From Chlamydiales bacterium (GTDB lineage: Bacteria > Chlamydiota > Chlamydiia > Chlamydiales > JAAZZY01), in NCBI GenBank assembly GCA_965206695.1, contig CBDBKM010000004.1, forward strand, positions 1-24,077: DNA of 24,077 nt, in the 5' to 3' direction. A model generated the notes under the pieces. That model saw nothing but the letters and a program-made list of their open reading frames with translations, searched no databases and had not been told where the DNA came from. Position 1 is the stretch's first letter, and every line of letters begins with the position of its first letter. The translations under genes and the position numbers were made by a program. This document shows positions 1-8,746 of the stretch, piece by piece.

Positions 1-531
1 TTGGAAAGTTAATATAGGATCGAAAATTTCCTTATTTCTTACTTTTGCAATATATTGCCTTGGTGTCATTTCTTTATGATATTCAACATATCCGGGAATT
101 CGTCCACCGCTAACAATCGATCTTAAGTTTAATTGCTCACAAAGCTCTTTTCTAGCATCATAAAGCCTTCTTCCTAAACGCATTCCTTGCAATTCCGGGT
201 GTACAAAAACATCTATTCCGTATAGCGTATCCCCTTTCTCATCATGAGTACTAAAAGTACCATTAGCAGTGATTTGTTTATAGGTATGGTTATCTCCAAG
301 TTTGCTATATTTGATGATAATACTTAAAGCAGCAGCTACTATCTTACCATTATCCTCTATGCATATTTGGCCTTCGGGGAAACGTTTTATTAAGGAACTA
401 AGCTCCTTCTTTGTCCAAGAACCTCCCGCTATAGAATAGACGGTTTTCATAATTTCCTTGACTTCGGAATAATCGGAAATCTTTAAATTTCTTATGGTTA
501 ACTTATGATCTGATGCTTTATCTATACTCAC
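1..531 (-). CDS. GNAT N-acetyltransferase domain, probably the N-terminus of a bifunctional GNAT / carbon-nitrogen hydrolase protein (partial, runs off the left edge; not in the ORF track)
   Basis: Manual translation from GTG at 531: MSIDKASDHKLTIRNLKISDY...FPEGQICIEDNGKIVAAALS...GDTLYGIDVFVHPELQGMRLGRRLYDARKELCEQLNLRSIVSGGRIPGY...EIFDPILTFQ. Acetyl-CoA motif QGMRLGRRL; FPEGQ, GGRIPGY and DPILTFQ are typical of the GNAT-nitrilase fusion family. Confidence 0.88.
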   Translation of the reverse strand, partial: MSIDKASDHKLTIRNLKISDYSEVKEIMKTVYSIAGGSWTKKELSSLIKRFPEGQICIEDNGKIVAAALSIIIKYSKLGDNHTYKQITANGTFSTHDEKGDTLYGIDVFVHPELQGMRLGRRLYDARKELCEQLNLRSIVSGGRIPGYVEYHKEMTPRQYIAKVRNKEIFDPILTFQ

Positions 532-578
532 TAATCTACCCTAACTTAAGATAATCATTATCCCGGCCATCATACCGA

Positions 579-607
579 TTCTTAACCTGATAAAAATCTT
601 ATGTCAA
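579..607 (-). promoter_or_regulatory. Candidate sigma70/sigma66 promoter for the GNAT gene
   Basis: Minus strand TTGACA (607-602), 17-nt spacer, TAAGAA (584-579), about 50 nt upstream of the GTG start. Confidence 0.4.
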
Positions 608-1213
608 GGATCTTAAGTAAAGAAAAATATTTACTAAAAAAAAAGGAAAGGGATTTCTCATGTACAGACCACAACTAACAAAAGAGTTAGTCTAACATGA
701 TCTCCAAAGGCTTAAATTACCGACTGCCCTTCGGTATATATATTATATGATGCATTAAAATTTCTGTCATGCTTGATTTTACAATTTGAGCATTCCCAAG
801 TTCTTATGTCGGGGGATATTTTCCCTCGTTTATGACTGCATGCAGAACACTTTTGTGTACTAGGAAAATAGTGGTCTAATTCTACTATATTTCTTCCGTA
901 CCACTCGATTTGATATTTTAAAAAAGTTAAAAACCGGCTCCATCCTTTGTCGCATATATATCCGGCATATTTTCTATCTTTTAATATACTGTTTATACAC
1001 AACCCTTCAACTATGATCGTTTGGTTTTCACGTATCAACTGAGTAGAAAGCTTATGATGGAAATCGTGTCTTATGTTTCTAATTTTTGAATGTATACCCA
1101 TTTAAGCTGAAGAATTGACAAATGGGGGTGGTTTTATAACTCTAAAGTTATCAGTAATACGCCTTTTTAAAAGATCTGAATAGCTGTTTAGTGGATTTGC
1201 GAGTTTTTTTAAA

Positions 1214-2313
1214 GCGCCCTTTCAACATCGAAGTGCAACAAACCGCTACAAATTAAACTTGTCTGAAGGTGGTAAAAAATCTCCTATGGTAAACGTAAGA
1301 AAACCAAGGAGGAAAGATGCCAAACGGCTACCGTCACTTAAACAAAGACAAGAGATGCCAATTGTATACCTTAATAAGAAGAGGAGATCCTATCACCTTA
1401 ATTTCCAATGAGTTAAACGTAAATCGATCGACTGTTTATCGCGAGCTAAAACGAAATTGTGGAAAGCGTGGATATCGGTATCAACAGGCTCAAGAGAAGG
1501 CTTTAAAGAGACGAGGCTCAAAAACTCAACAACGAAAGATGAGCAGTGTAATGATTGCCATTATCGAAGAGAAGTTAAGCGTGCAGTGGAGCCCCGATCA
1601 AATATCGGGATGGCTGAAGAAGAAAGGGTATCAAGAAGCTGTAAGCCATGAGACAATCTATAACTATGTTTGGGAGGACAAAAAAAGAGGAGGCTTGTTG
1701 TATAAACACCTTAGACATAGTGGGAAGAAATATAACAAGCGAGGTAAAAATAGGGCCGGACGAGGATGTATTCCCGGACGGACAGATATTTCTGAAAGGC
1801 CTGATATCGTAGAGAAGAAAACTCGTTTAGGCGATTGGGAACTAGATACAATCATAGGAACAGAAGGGAGCGGAGTCATTGTCTCAATGGTCGAAAGAGT
1901 CTCAAAGCTAACAAAACCGGAAAAAGTCTCGCGTAAAACCGCTGAGGAAGTAAAGGATGCGCTAGTAAACAGGTTAAGACCGGTCCAAAAATTTGTCATG
2001 ACATTAACTGCTGACAACGGGAAAGAATTTACTTACCATAAACAAGTGAGCCAATTACTTGAGACAAGTTTTTACTTTGCTACCCCCTATCATTCGTGGG
2101 AGAGAGGGCTGAACGAGCATACGAATGGACTCGTTCGACAATATCTCCCTAAAAATAAACGGTTTGATGAAGTCTCAGCAGGTAATTTAAAAAAGATTGA
2201 GAACTTGCTTAACAATAGACCCCGAAAAGTGTTAAACTTTTCAACACCGGAGGAGGTGTTTAACCGTCTCAGTAAGGAAGCTGCGAGTGTTGCACTTCGA
2301 TGTTGAAAGGGCG
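1214..2313 (+). mobile_element. IS30-family insertion sequence, apparently complete (~1.1 kb)
   Basis: Perfect 26-bp inverted repeats CGCCCTTTCAACATCGAAGTGCAACA (1215-1240) and its reverse complement (2288-2313). Flanked by A runs compatible with a 2-3 bp target duplication. Confidence 0.95.
1317..2306 (+). CDS. IS30 family transposase (intact ORF)
   Basis: N-terminal HTH (RSTVYRELKRN), WSPDQISG, VSHETIY, DDE motifs GDWELDT / TADNGKEF / WERGLNEHTNGLVRQYLPK, LNNRPRKVL. RBS AGGAGG upstream. Confidence 0.96.
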   Translation: MPNGYRHLNKDKRCQLYTLIRRGDPITLISNELNVNRSTVYRELKRNCGKRGYRYQQAQEKALKRRGSKTQQRKMSSVMIAIIEEKLSVQWSPDQISGWLKKKGYQEAVSHETIYNYVWEDKKRGGLLYKHLRHSGKKYNKRGKNRAGRGCIPGRTDISERPDIVEKKTRLGDWELDTIIGTEGSGVIVSMVERVSKLTKPEKVSRKTAEEVKDALVNRLRPVQKFVMTLTADNGKEFTYHKQVSQLLETSFYFATPYHSWERGLNEHTNGLVRQYLPKNKRFDEVSAGNLKKIENLLNNRPRKVLNFSTPEEVFNRLSKEAASVALRC

Positions 2314-3281
2314 AAAAATCCCAAAATCCTATCTTTAAAATCACCGAATTTCTCGTAATATCGATTATTGAGGATCTGTTCATTCATCAACTTCCATAAG
2401 CGTTCAATAGGATTAAGATTAGGACTATAAGGAGGAAGAAACTGCATGGAAATTTTTGAAGTTTTTAAAAAATCTTGCACTTTTCTATTACGATAATATC
2501 CGGCATTATCACAAAAGAGATAGAGAGCCTTTTTTTCGGGATAAGCATGTTCTAACTTTTTTAAAAAACAAATTGTTGAATCTGCATTGAGTGTTTGATC
2601 TTCTTGAGATATAAGGCACTTCGATTCAATATCAATAGCACCTGAGATATGAAGCCTTCGACGAGCACTATTTGTTTTAAGAGCCCGGTACATACCCGTT
2701 TTTATCCAACCATGAGAAGGTTTTGTATTATGTGTCGGATGTACTCCATCCATAAAATAAATAGCTTCAGTATGCGACAAACCGGCTTTTAATTTACGAT
2801 AATATTCTAACCATTGTTCTTGAGATAAAGGGTCAGCTTTTCCGGGAACAAGCATTGGTTTTTTATAAGAGAAACTATTAGATTTTAACCACGCTGTCAT
2901 ACCGGCAGGGGTGTATTTTATTTCAAATAGATTTTGTACAAGAGAGGCTATCTCTCTTGCAGAGGTATAGATATTTTCTTTTAGATGATGAATCAGCATA
3001 TCACGACAGACCGGATTAAGTTTACTTGAAGAACCTCCGTTTTCAGGGACCAACTTCCTATCTGCTTCATAGTCTAATGTATGTTGACGTACTGCTTCAT
3101 GAGTAATAAACAAAGCGTGTGCTATTTTTTTATAACTCCAACCTTCATCATATAACAATACAGCTTTAATACGATCACAAATCCTCTTGTCTCTCTCGTA
3201 CTTATGCTGTTGTAAAAGCCGTTCGCGTTCTGTTGGATCTAAAAAATATTTCATGTCCGGTAGTATAGAAAAAGTTAACAT
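2241..3281 (-). CDS. IS630 family transposase, with its native C-terminus (1102-1213) displaced by the IS30 insertion
   Basis: HTH region, FSYKKP, DDE motifs YFMDGVHP / FCDNAGY / LPPYSPNLNPIERLWK. Residues after ILGF read antisense through the IS30 end. True tail LKKLANPLNSYSDLLKRRITDNFRVIKPPPFVNSSA* ends at 1102. Start may be the ATG at 3254. Confidence 0.92.
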   Translation of the reverse strand: MLTFSILPDMKYFLDPTERERLLQQHKYERDKRICDRIKAVLLYDEGWSYKKIAHALFITHEAVRQHTLDYEADRKLVPENGGSSSKLNPVCRDMLIHHLKENIYTSAREIASLVQNLFEIKYTPAGMTAWLKSNSFSYKKPMLVPGKADPLSQEQWLEYYRKLKAGLSHTEAIYFMDGVHPTHNTKPSHGWIKTGMYRALKTNSARRRLHISGAIDIESKCLISQEDQTLNADSTICFLKKLEHAYPEKKALYLFCDNAGYYRNRKVQDFLKTSKISMQFLPPYSPNLNPIERLWKLMNEQILNNRYYEKFGDFKDRILGFFALSTSKCNTRSFLTETVKHLLRC

Positions 3282-3844
3282 ATATTTTCAACTCTTCAGA
3301 AATTATGTGTATATCTTTGAAACTTTAACCCTTTTTTTATGATTATTTTTGCTTTTAGATTGACTACATCGTCTTTGATGTTTCTTTAACTTCTTTTTAA
3401 ACTGTTTAAGTGGCTTTGGTCCAACTAGTTTTAAATTGTTAGATGTAGTTACAAAACTTTCTATTCCCATATCTATACCAATGGAATTATTTTTCTTGCT
3501 CAATGATATGGTGTCTTCTTCCACTAAAATACTTACAAAGTATCTGCCACATGAATTTTTGTAATCGTGACACTTAAGGGATTGCCCGAAAACTGTCGAG
3601 AAATACGTATATTTAATGCCTTTTTAGATTTTGCAATTTTAAGATGCGTTCCATCCCAACTAAATGCTGATCTTGTCAGGCGAATAGATTGACGTGAGTG
3701 CTTATTCTTAAACTTTGGAAACTCAGATTTTTTTTTAAAGAAGTTGGTATATGATATGTCGAGATCTCTCAAGCTTTGTTGTAAACAAACTGAAGAGACT
3801 TCATTTAACCAAAGAAAATCCTTTTCTCGTTTCAGGTTGGCCGG

Positions 3845-4615
3845 AAAAGTAAATGTTTGTGAATAGGAGATATTTTCGAGTCTTAAAATTTATCTAAAAA
3901 AAAAACATCGTACTACAAAAAACGGGATGACAAGAAAAGAAGAGAAGGTATTAGACTTGTTGCGGAATAAAAATTGTATCAGTTTAGCTCGTTTTAAAAG
4001 TCTTTTAATCATCTGCTCGCTCCTAATATTGTTCTGAAAAAACTTATCAGAAAGCACTAAAAATTTAAATCGTAACAAGTCTATGAAAGAAATCAAACAG
4101 ATAGCGGAAAAAGATCGCGTCTACCTTGATGAAAGTGGAATCAATAGATATCTGAGCAGGGTGCTGCGTGCAAGAACCCTAAGAGGGACTCAAGTATATG
4201 ACGCAGTCTCCGGTATGAGATAGGCAAGAGAAAACTTAATTGCAGCACAAAGCAATGCTCAAATTCTATCACCTTTTTGTTATCGCGGGACTTGTAATAC
4301 AGATTTTTTCAACATGTGGTTACAAAAGTTTCTCATTCCTGAATTAAACCCCGTACAAGTTGTGATCATGGATAATGTAATTTTCCATAAATCACAGGAA
4401 ACGAAAAGGCTTATAGAAGAGGCAGGCTGTCGCATTCTCTTTCTTCCGGCTTATTCACCGGATCTGAATCCTATTGAGCTCTTTTAGGCAAATTTGAAAA
4501 AGAAAATCAGAGAATTACCATAAAAAATCAGAGAAATAAGGCACTGGCCGATGCTATTGACCATGAATTCTTTATCCTATCGAATTAGTGATAAAAATTA
4601 TCATTTAAACCATTA
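3845..4615 (+). pseudogene. Degenerate IS630-family transposase (5'-truncated), interrupted by a MITE
   Basis: Manual translation: YYKKRDDKKRRE..RVYLDESGIN..QVYDAVSGMR*ARENLIAA..PFCYRGTCNT..QVVIMDNVIFHKS..FLPAYSPDLNPIELF*ANLKKK, with in-frame stops. Paralogous to 6913-7702. Probable right end at ...TTAAACCATTA|TA (4615). Confidence 0.85.
3954..4081. mobile_element. 128-bp MITE-like element
   Basis: TIR GACTTGTT(G/A)CG at both ends, flanked by TA at 3952-3953 and 4082-4083. Removing 130 bp restores the IS630 frame (RREGIMKEIKQIAEKDRVYLDESG). Confidence 0.8.
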
Positions 4616-4616
4616 T

Positions 4617-4696
4617 ATTCAATCCTTTGAAGAGGTTTCTGCACCCCTTCTCCAGAATTCAATCCTTTGAAGAGGTTTCTGCACCCCTTCTCCAGA
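4617..4696. repeat. Perfect 2 x 40-bp tandem duplication
   Basis: ATTCAATCCTTTGAAGAGGTTTCTGCACCCCTTCTCCAGA at 4617-4656 and 4657-4696, with no spacer. Confidence 0.95.
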
Positions 4697-4903
4697 GCAT
4701 TTCTCTTTCATATGAACACCCGAAAAGAGATCGTACAGCTTGTACAGATGCCCTATCGATCCTTCAAATAAAACTCGCCGACCTTATCGGAAGTGTGCCA
4801 TTAGATGCTAAACATAAACCACTTCTGATAGACCACCCTTAAAACCGGGCAAATCTGCGAACACTACACCTGTCTTAAAATCCATAAAAACTTATTAATT
4901 GCA

Positions 4904-5995
4904 TTACGATAGATTCATCGCACTATATGCAAAGGCTGCTGCCGAAGCAATACCTATAACACCACCTACTGCTAAACTTTTGTATTTTTCCGAAGATGTG
5001 TTCTCTTCATCAAAGGCATTTGTAATTTGCTGATAAGATACATATAAGCCTCCTAAACCTAGTGCCATGAATCCGACAGAAGTCATGCGATCGGTTAGAC
5101 TACCACCTTGATTTATTCTAATATTAGATTGAATGGGATCTTTATGCAATGAATAAGATTTACCCTTCATTTTGGCGTGCTTAAATATCTCATCTTCTAT
5201 GTGCTTAGCAAAATGGCTGTTGGCCGGGCGTATAGAAATAAAAGGGGCTTCTTTCGTCCCTCCAACACTAAAATTTAATACTGAAAAATCATTTACTGAG
5301 CACAACAATTTCGTTATATTTTTCACATCTTCATAGCATTTTGTTATAACATAATGCACATTACAAATATTAGAATCACATTGAACAATTTCTGCTAAAT
5401 TCTCCGGCTTACAAAGTTCAATGGTTGGGTCTTTAGAACAATCTAAATGATAAAAGGGGTTTAATGAATCAATTGTTTTACTTTTCATCGTCCAAGATTT
5501 CTCTTTAAAGGTTGAATCATCCACAAAGCTTTTAATATCGTTTTTATAATCCGTTGTAGACAAAACCTTTTGAGGAGCTATCGATTTAGATAATGCAGAA
5601 GAAAAAAATGAAAATACTTTCTCTGCTCCGTTTATAAATGATCCTGTTCTTTGTTGCGAGCCCCCTTGCGATAAATCATAGTTAATGCCAATGATTTGTT
5701 TTGAAGCTGTTGCATTTTGCAGTTGAAATTGGCAGCGCGTACTTTCAGCTTTATTGACGCTCGTGATACAATTGATAGAAAGCTCTAATGATGGCGTATC
5801 TTTTAAAAAAGTATCGGATTCTGTTACTTGAAGATTCAAGCCTTTGATAGTGACAACCTTTTTTCCTTCAAAAATATTATAAAACAATCGATCTTTCATC
5901 TCATTAGGTATTTTGCTATTTGCTTCGTATGATTCAAAGAACGTGCTAGGTGTAAATTGGTTATTAAGTAGTACATCAGACAGTGTCTGCGTCAT
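4904..5995 (-). CDS. Hypothetical protein with two C-terminal hydrophobic segments
   Basis: 363-aa ORF with RBS-like AAAGGAAA before the ATG. C-terminal VGFMALGLGGLYVSY and LAVGGVIGIASAAAFAYSAM. No family recognised. Confidence 0.8.
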   Translation of the reverse strand: MTQTLSDVLLNNQFTPSTFFESYEANSKIPNEMKDRLFYNIFEGKKVVTIKGLNLQVTESDTFLKDTPSLELSINCITSVNKAESTRCQFQLQNATASKQIIGINYDLSQGGSQQRTGSFINGAEKVFSFFSSALSKSIAPQKVLSTTDYKNDIKSFVDDSTFKEKSWTMKSKTIDSLNPFYHLDCSKDPTIELCKPENLAEIVQCDSNICNVHYVITKCYEDVKNITKLLCSVNDFSVLNFSVGGTKEAPFISIRPANSHFAKHIEDEIFKHAKMKGKSYSLHKDPIQSNIRINQGGSLTDRMTSVGFMALGLGGLYVSYQQITNAFDEENTSSEKYKSLAVGGVIGIASAAAFAYSAMNLS

Positions 5996-6115
5996 CTGTA
6001 TATTTCCTTTTTATAAGTTTCGTGATAGAGGCTTGCGATCTTGTCAAACACGTGTGTGACTCAGCACTCTTTTCCTGCTTCTACGCTGTTTCGCCTATAC
6101 TAACCGGTGTTTGTA

Positions 6116-6676
6116 TTGACACCTTTCAACCCCTAAAAGGGAAGGGATGCCTCATTCACAGACCACGGTTAACAAAAAAGTTAGTCTGATATGATCTCCA
6201 AAGGCTTAAATTACCGACTGCCCTTTGGGATATATATATTATGATGCATTAAAATCTCTGTCATGCTTAATTTTACAATTTGAGCAACCCCAAGTTCTTA
6301 TGTCGGCGGGTATTTTCCCTTGTTTATGAGTGCATGCAGAACACTTTTGTGTACTAGGAAAATAGTGATCTAATTCTACTATATTTCTCCCGTACCACTC
6401 GCTTTTATATTTTAAAAAAGTTAAAAACCGGCTCCATCCTTCGTCGTATATATATTTGGCATATTTTTTATCTTTTAACATACTGTTTATACGCAACCCT
6501 TCAATTATGATCGTTTGGTTTTCACGTATCAACTGAGTAGACAGCTTATGATGGAAATCATGTCTTATGTTTCTGATTTTTGAATGTACCTTTGAAACTG
6601 CAAAATCAAAAAAACAAATAGACGCTCTCATCCCAATGCTAAAGCAAAAGCAAAAGGTTTTCTCGCTTACTTAATC
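6116..6676 (-). mobile_element. tnpB: Internally deleted IS200/IS605 element (copy B, 561 bp) with both ends: left end, last codons of divergent tnpA, tnpB 3' third, omegaRNA region and right end
   Basis: Minus strand: TTTAT|GATTAAGTAAGCGAGAAAACC..CTTTAGCATTGGGATGAGAGCGTC (left end) fused near 6600 to VSKVHSKIRN..IIEGL..CSAC..CSNC..HDRDFNAS, ending TCCCTTCCCTTTTAGGGGTTGAAAGGTGTCAA (hairpin + TCAA). Plus strand 6601-6621 encodes QNQKNK* (TnpA tail). Confidence 0.88.
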
Positions 6677-6912
6677 ATAAATTAGGGATAATATAACATA
6701 TGAAACTGTTTTGAAGAAGACGAAACAAAATTTTAATAGAAAAGAACACGTAGCTCCAACAACAAATTGTAGCCATTCACTCTCTCTGCAGGTACAACCG
6801 ATTTTGGAACTCAACTGCATTCATGCAGTTTCCTTTATTTAGACTAAAATTTTAATCAAATCTTAATTTAAAATTATCTTTTTTATCTAACCAAAGACAT
6901 TAAATAAAAATA

Positions 6913-7702
6913 TAGTGAATTAAATTTTATTTTTCATAAACATCCATTAGTTAGAAAAGAAACATCAATTGCTTGGGCTAAATTTGTAAATCGTTCCATA
7001 TTTTTTTGAACCTGTTTTTTAAAATTAGCCCAAAAAATTTCTATCGGGTTTAAATCCGGTAAATAGGGAGGAAGAAATAGAATGTGACAACCTGCTTGTT
7101 CTATAAGTTGTTATGAATATTTAGATTTCTGAAAAGTTGCATTATCCATAATAACAACTTGACCGGGTTTAAGTTCCGGAATAAGAAAATCTTTCAACCA
7201 TAGATTAAATAACTTAGTATCACATATTCCCGTATAGCAAAAAGGAGCTAAGATTCGGGATTGATTCTTTGCTGCGATAAAACTTTCACGTGCATATTGC
7301 ATTCCCGAAACGGCTCCGTATACTTGATTCCTTGCCTGACATCGAACATGTTCTCTTCTTAAATATTTATTAATCCCGCTCTCATCTACATAAACACGAT
7401 TTTTTATGGGAATATTTTTTAGTGTTTCTTGAAATTCTTGTCGTTTTTTTTCATCTCTTTCTTTGTAGAATGAATTTTACTTGGGCTAGAACGCCTTTTG
7501 TTAGGTGCTAAGATCTGCAGTCTTTCTCGAGAAATCCAATTCGATAAAGTGCGGGTTGTAACTAAAAAAATGACACTTGCCTCTTTTCGTGTTCCCACAT
7601 TTTTAATATATTTTAAAGCTTGTTTTCTTACATCAAGTGAATATGTCATCCGGATATTTTACATGAATATGAATAAAATGAAAAATAAAATTTAATTCAC
7701 TA
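6913..7702 (-). mobile_element. IS630-family element with perfect TIRs and a defective transposase (internal deletion/frameshift, premature stop)
   Basis: TATAGTGAATTAAATTTTATTTTTCAT at 6911-6937 and its exact reverse complement at 7678-7704 (includes the TA duplication). MTYSLDVRKQAL HTH start, then FYKERDEKKR..RVYVDESG..VIMDNATFQKS..stop..FLPPYLPDLNPIE. Confidence 0.92.
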
Positions 7703-7900
7703 TAGTAGTAACTTAGATTGCTATTTTTCAGTTCCGCAATAACAAGATCTATGAGATGAATGAAGTTGTTGTTAGTATAGACCCCACCACCGAAATCGAC
7801 TTCATGTCTAAATAAAATTTTTCTCAAAGATCATTGCTAATAAGACTCCTTCTCATTTAAAGTCAGAAAAAATCTCAACGGAATCGAGGGCTTATAAATT

Positions 7901-8560
7901 ATGTATCGAATTATTGTATTATGTATCTTATATTTTGGTTTTATTAACTTTGGTTTTGCTTTAGAAGATACGTCCGCTATTGAATTAATTGAAGAGACAA
8001 GAAGTGACCTACGGCAGGGATTAAAGCAATCAGGCGCGTTTTCACATCTCTCAGAAGATGTATTTGAAGAAATTATAAATAAGTCTTTAGTGATCATAGA
8101 AGAAACCTTTGGCTCATTCCAAGAATACTATCGAGTCATGGCAGATGATCCTGACCTATTTGTAGAAAAATCTTTCGAATTAGGGAGAAAATGTTTCATT
8201 GGTTTTCAAGAATACATTCAACAACCTGAGCAAGGTGGGGAATGTTGTGAATGTGATTTACAGCAACTTGGAGCATGCGAAAATGTTTCTCCCGAGATAT
8301 TAAAAAACACACTAAAAAAAGGTTTCAAAGCGACAGAGATTTTTCAGGAAATATCTGACGAAGTTCTAAACGGAGTAGTAGAAAAATACTATACTTTGAT
8401 TGAAAAGAACTTTGATTCATTTGAAGAATACCAACAAGCGGTGATTGAAAATGGTGAAGTATTTGTAGAAAAATCGATAGGTTTGGCTAAACAATTTTAT
8501 CACTATTTACAAGATATACCTGAAATATCAAATAAAAAAGCAAACCTACCTACAGGTTAA
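7901..8560 (+). CDS. Exported hypothetical protein with two tandem ~70-aa repeats and a Cys-rich linker
   Basis: Signal peptide MYRIIVLCILYFGFINFGFA. Ungapped self-alignment at offset 101 aa (FGSFQEY/FDSFEEY, FVEKS/FVEKS). Linker ECCECD..C. Confidence 0.85.
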   Translation: MYRIIVLCILYFGFINFGFALEDTSAIELIEETRSDLRQGLKQSGAFSHLSEDVFEEIINKSLVIIEETFGSFQEYYRVMADDPDLFVEKSFELGRKCFIGFQEYIQQPEQGGECCECDLQQLGACENVSPEILKNTLKKGFKATEIFQEISDEVLNGVVEKYYTLIEKNFDSFEEYQQAVIENGEVFVEKSIGLAKQFYHYLQDIPEISNKKANLPTG

Positions 8561-8564
8561 TTTA

Positions 8565-8746
8565 GTGACAGCTCCCAACCTTCAAAGGAAGGGGGGGGTC
8601 TTCATTCAACGATCACTGCTTAGGGAATAAAGCTCGGTTTTCGCAATAAAAATTTCCAAAAAGGAACTTTTACGGTCTTCAACCAACCTATGTTTCCCGA
8701 GTCTGACGTGATCTCCAAAGGCTTAACTTACCAACTGCTCCACGGT
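8565..8746 (-). ncRNA. Putative TnpB omegaRNA (reRNA) scaffold
   Basis: Homologous to the sequence between the tnpB 3' end and the right end in copies A and B, which is where TnpB guide-RNA scaffolds are encoded. Contains nested hairpins. Expression not shown. Confidence 0.55.

Larger units (their letters stand above)
1095..3311 (-). mobile_element. IS630-family element inserted at TA in tnpB and itself interrupted by IS30
   Basis: Imperfect TIRs TACCCATTTAAGCTGAAGAATTGA (from 1095) and TACACATAATTTCTGAAGAGTTGA (minus strand from 3311). TA duplicated at 1093-1094 and 3312-3313. Removing the element restores tnpB codons VSKIHSKIRN. Confidence 0.92.
634..3840 (-). pseudogene. tnpB: IS200/IS605 tnpB pseudogene (copy A), 5'-truncated, frameshifted and interrupted by nested IS630/IS30; includes the degraded omegaRNA/right-end region at 634-711
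   Basis: Fragments read LKREKDFLWLNEVSSVCLQQSLRDLD..FPKFK (3840-3560), frameshift at the T5 run 3556-3560, RYFVSILVEE..GIDMGI (RuvC-I), then after the insertion HSKIRNIRHDFHHKLST..IVEGL..PSTQKCSAC..WECSNC..HDRNFNAS (712-1092). 640-735 is homologous to 6135-6225. Confidence 0.92.

Noticed and set aside
1457..2383. ORFs 1457-1651, 1664-2017 and 2090-2383
   Set aside because: Alternative-frame or antisense shadows of the IS30 and IS630 transposases.
4617..4696. Possible CRISPR repeat pair
   Set aside because: Only two units, directly adjacent with no spacer, and no cas genes in the window.
3890..4842. ORFs 3890-4096 and 4627-4842
   Set aside because: The first is antisense across the MITE/IS630 relic and the second starts in the 40-bp duplication. 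Neither has an RBS or recognisable motif.
6671..6820. 49-codon hydrophobic minus-strand ORF (MQLSSKIGCTCRESEWLQFVVGATCSFLLKF...), a possible type I toxin or small membrane protein
   Set aside because: Its stop is supplied by the IS605 left end, and hydrophobicity is expected from T-rich DNA. There is no independent support.
7498..8097. ORFs 7498-7695, 7633-7827 and 7837-8097
   Set aside because: They overlap the IS630 end or lie antisense to the 219-aa gene, with no motifs.
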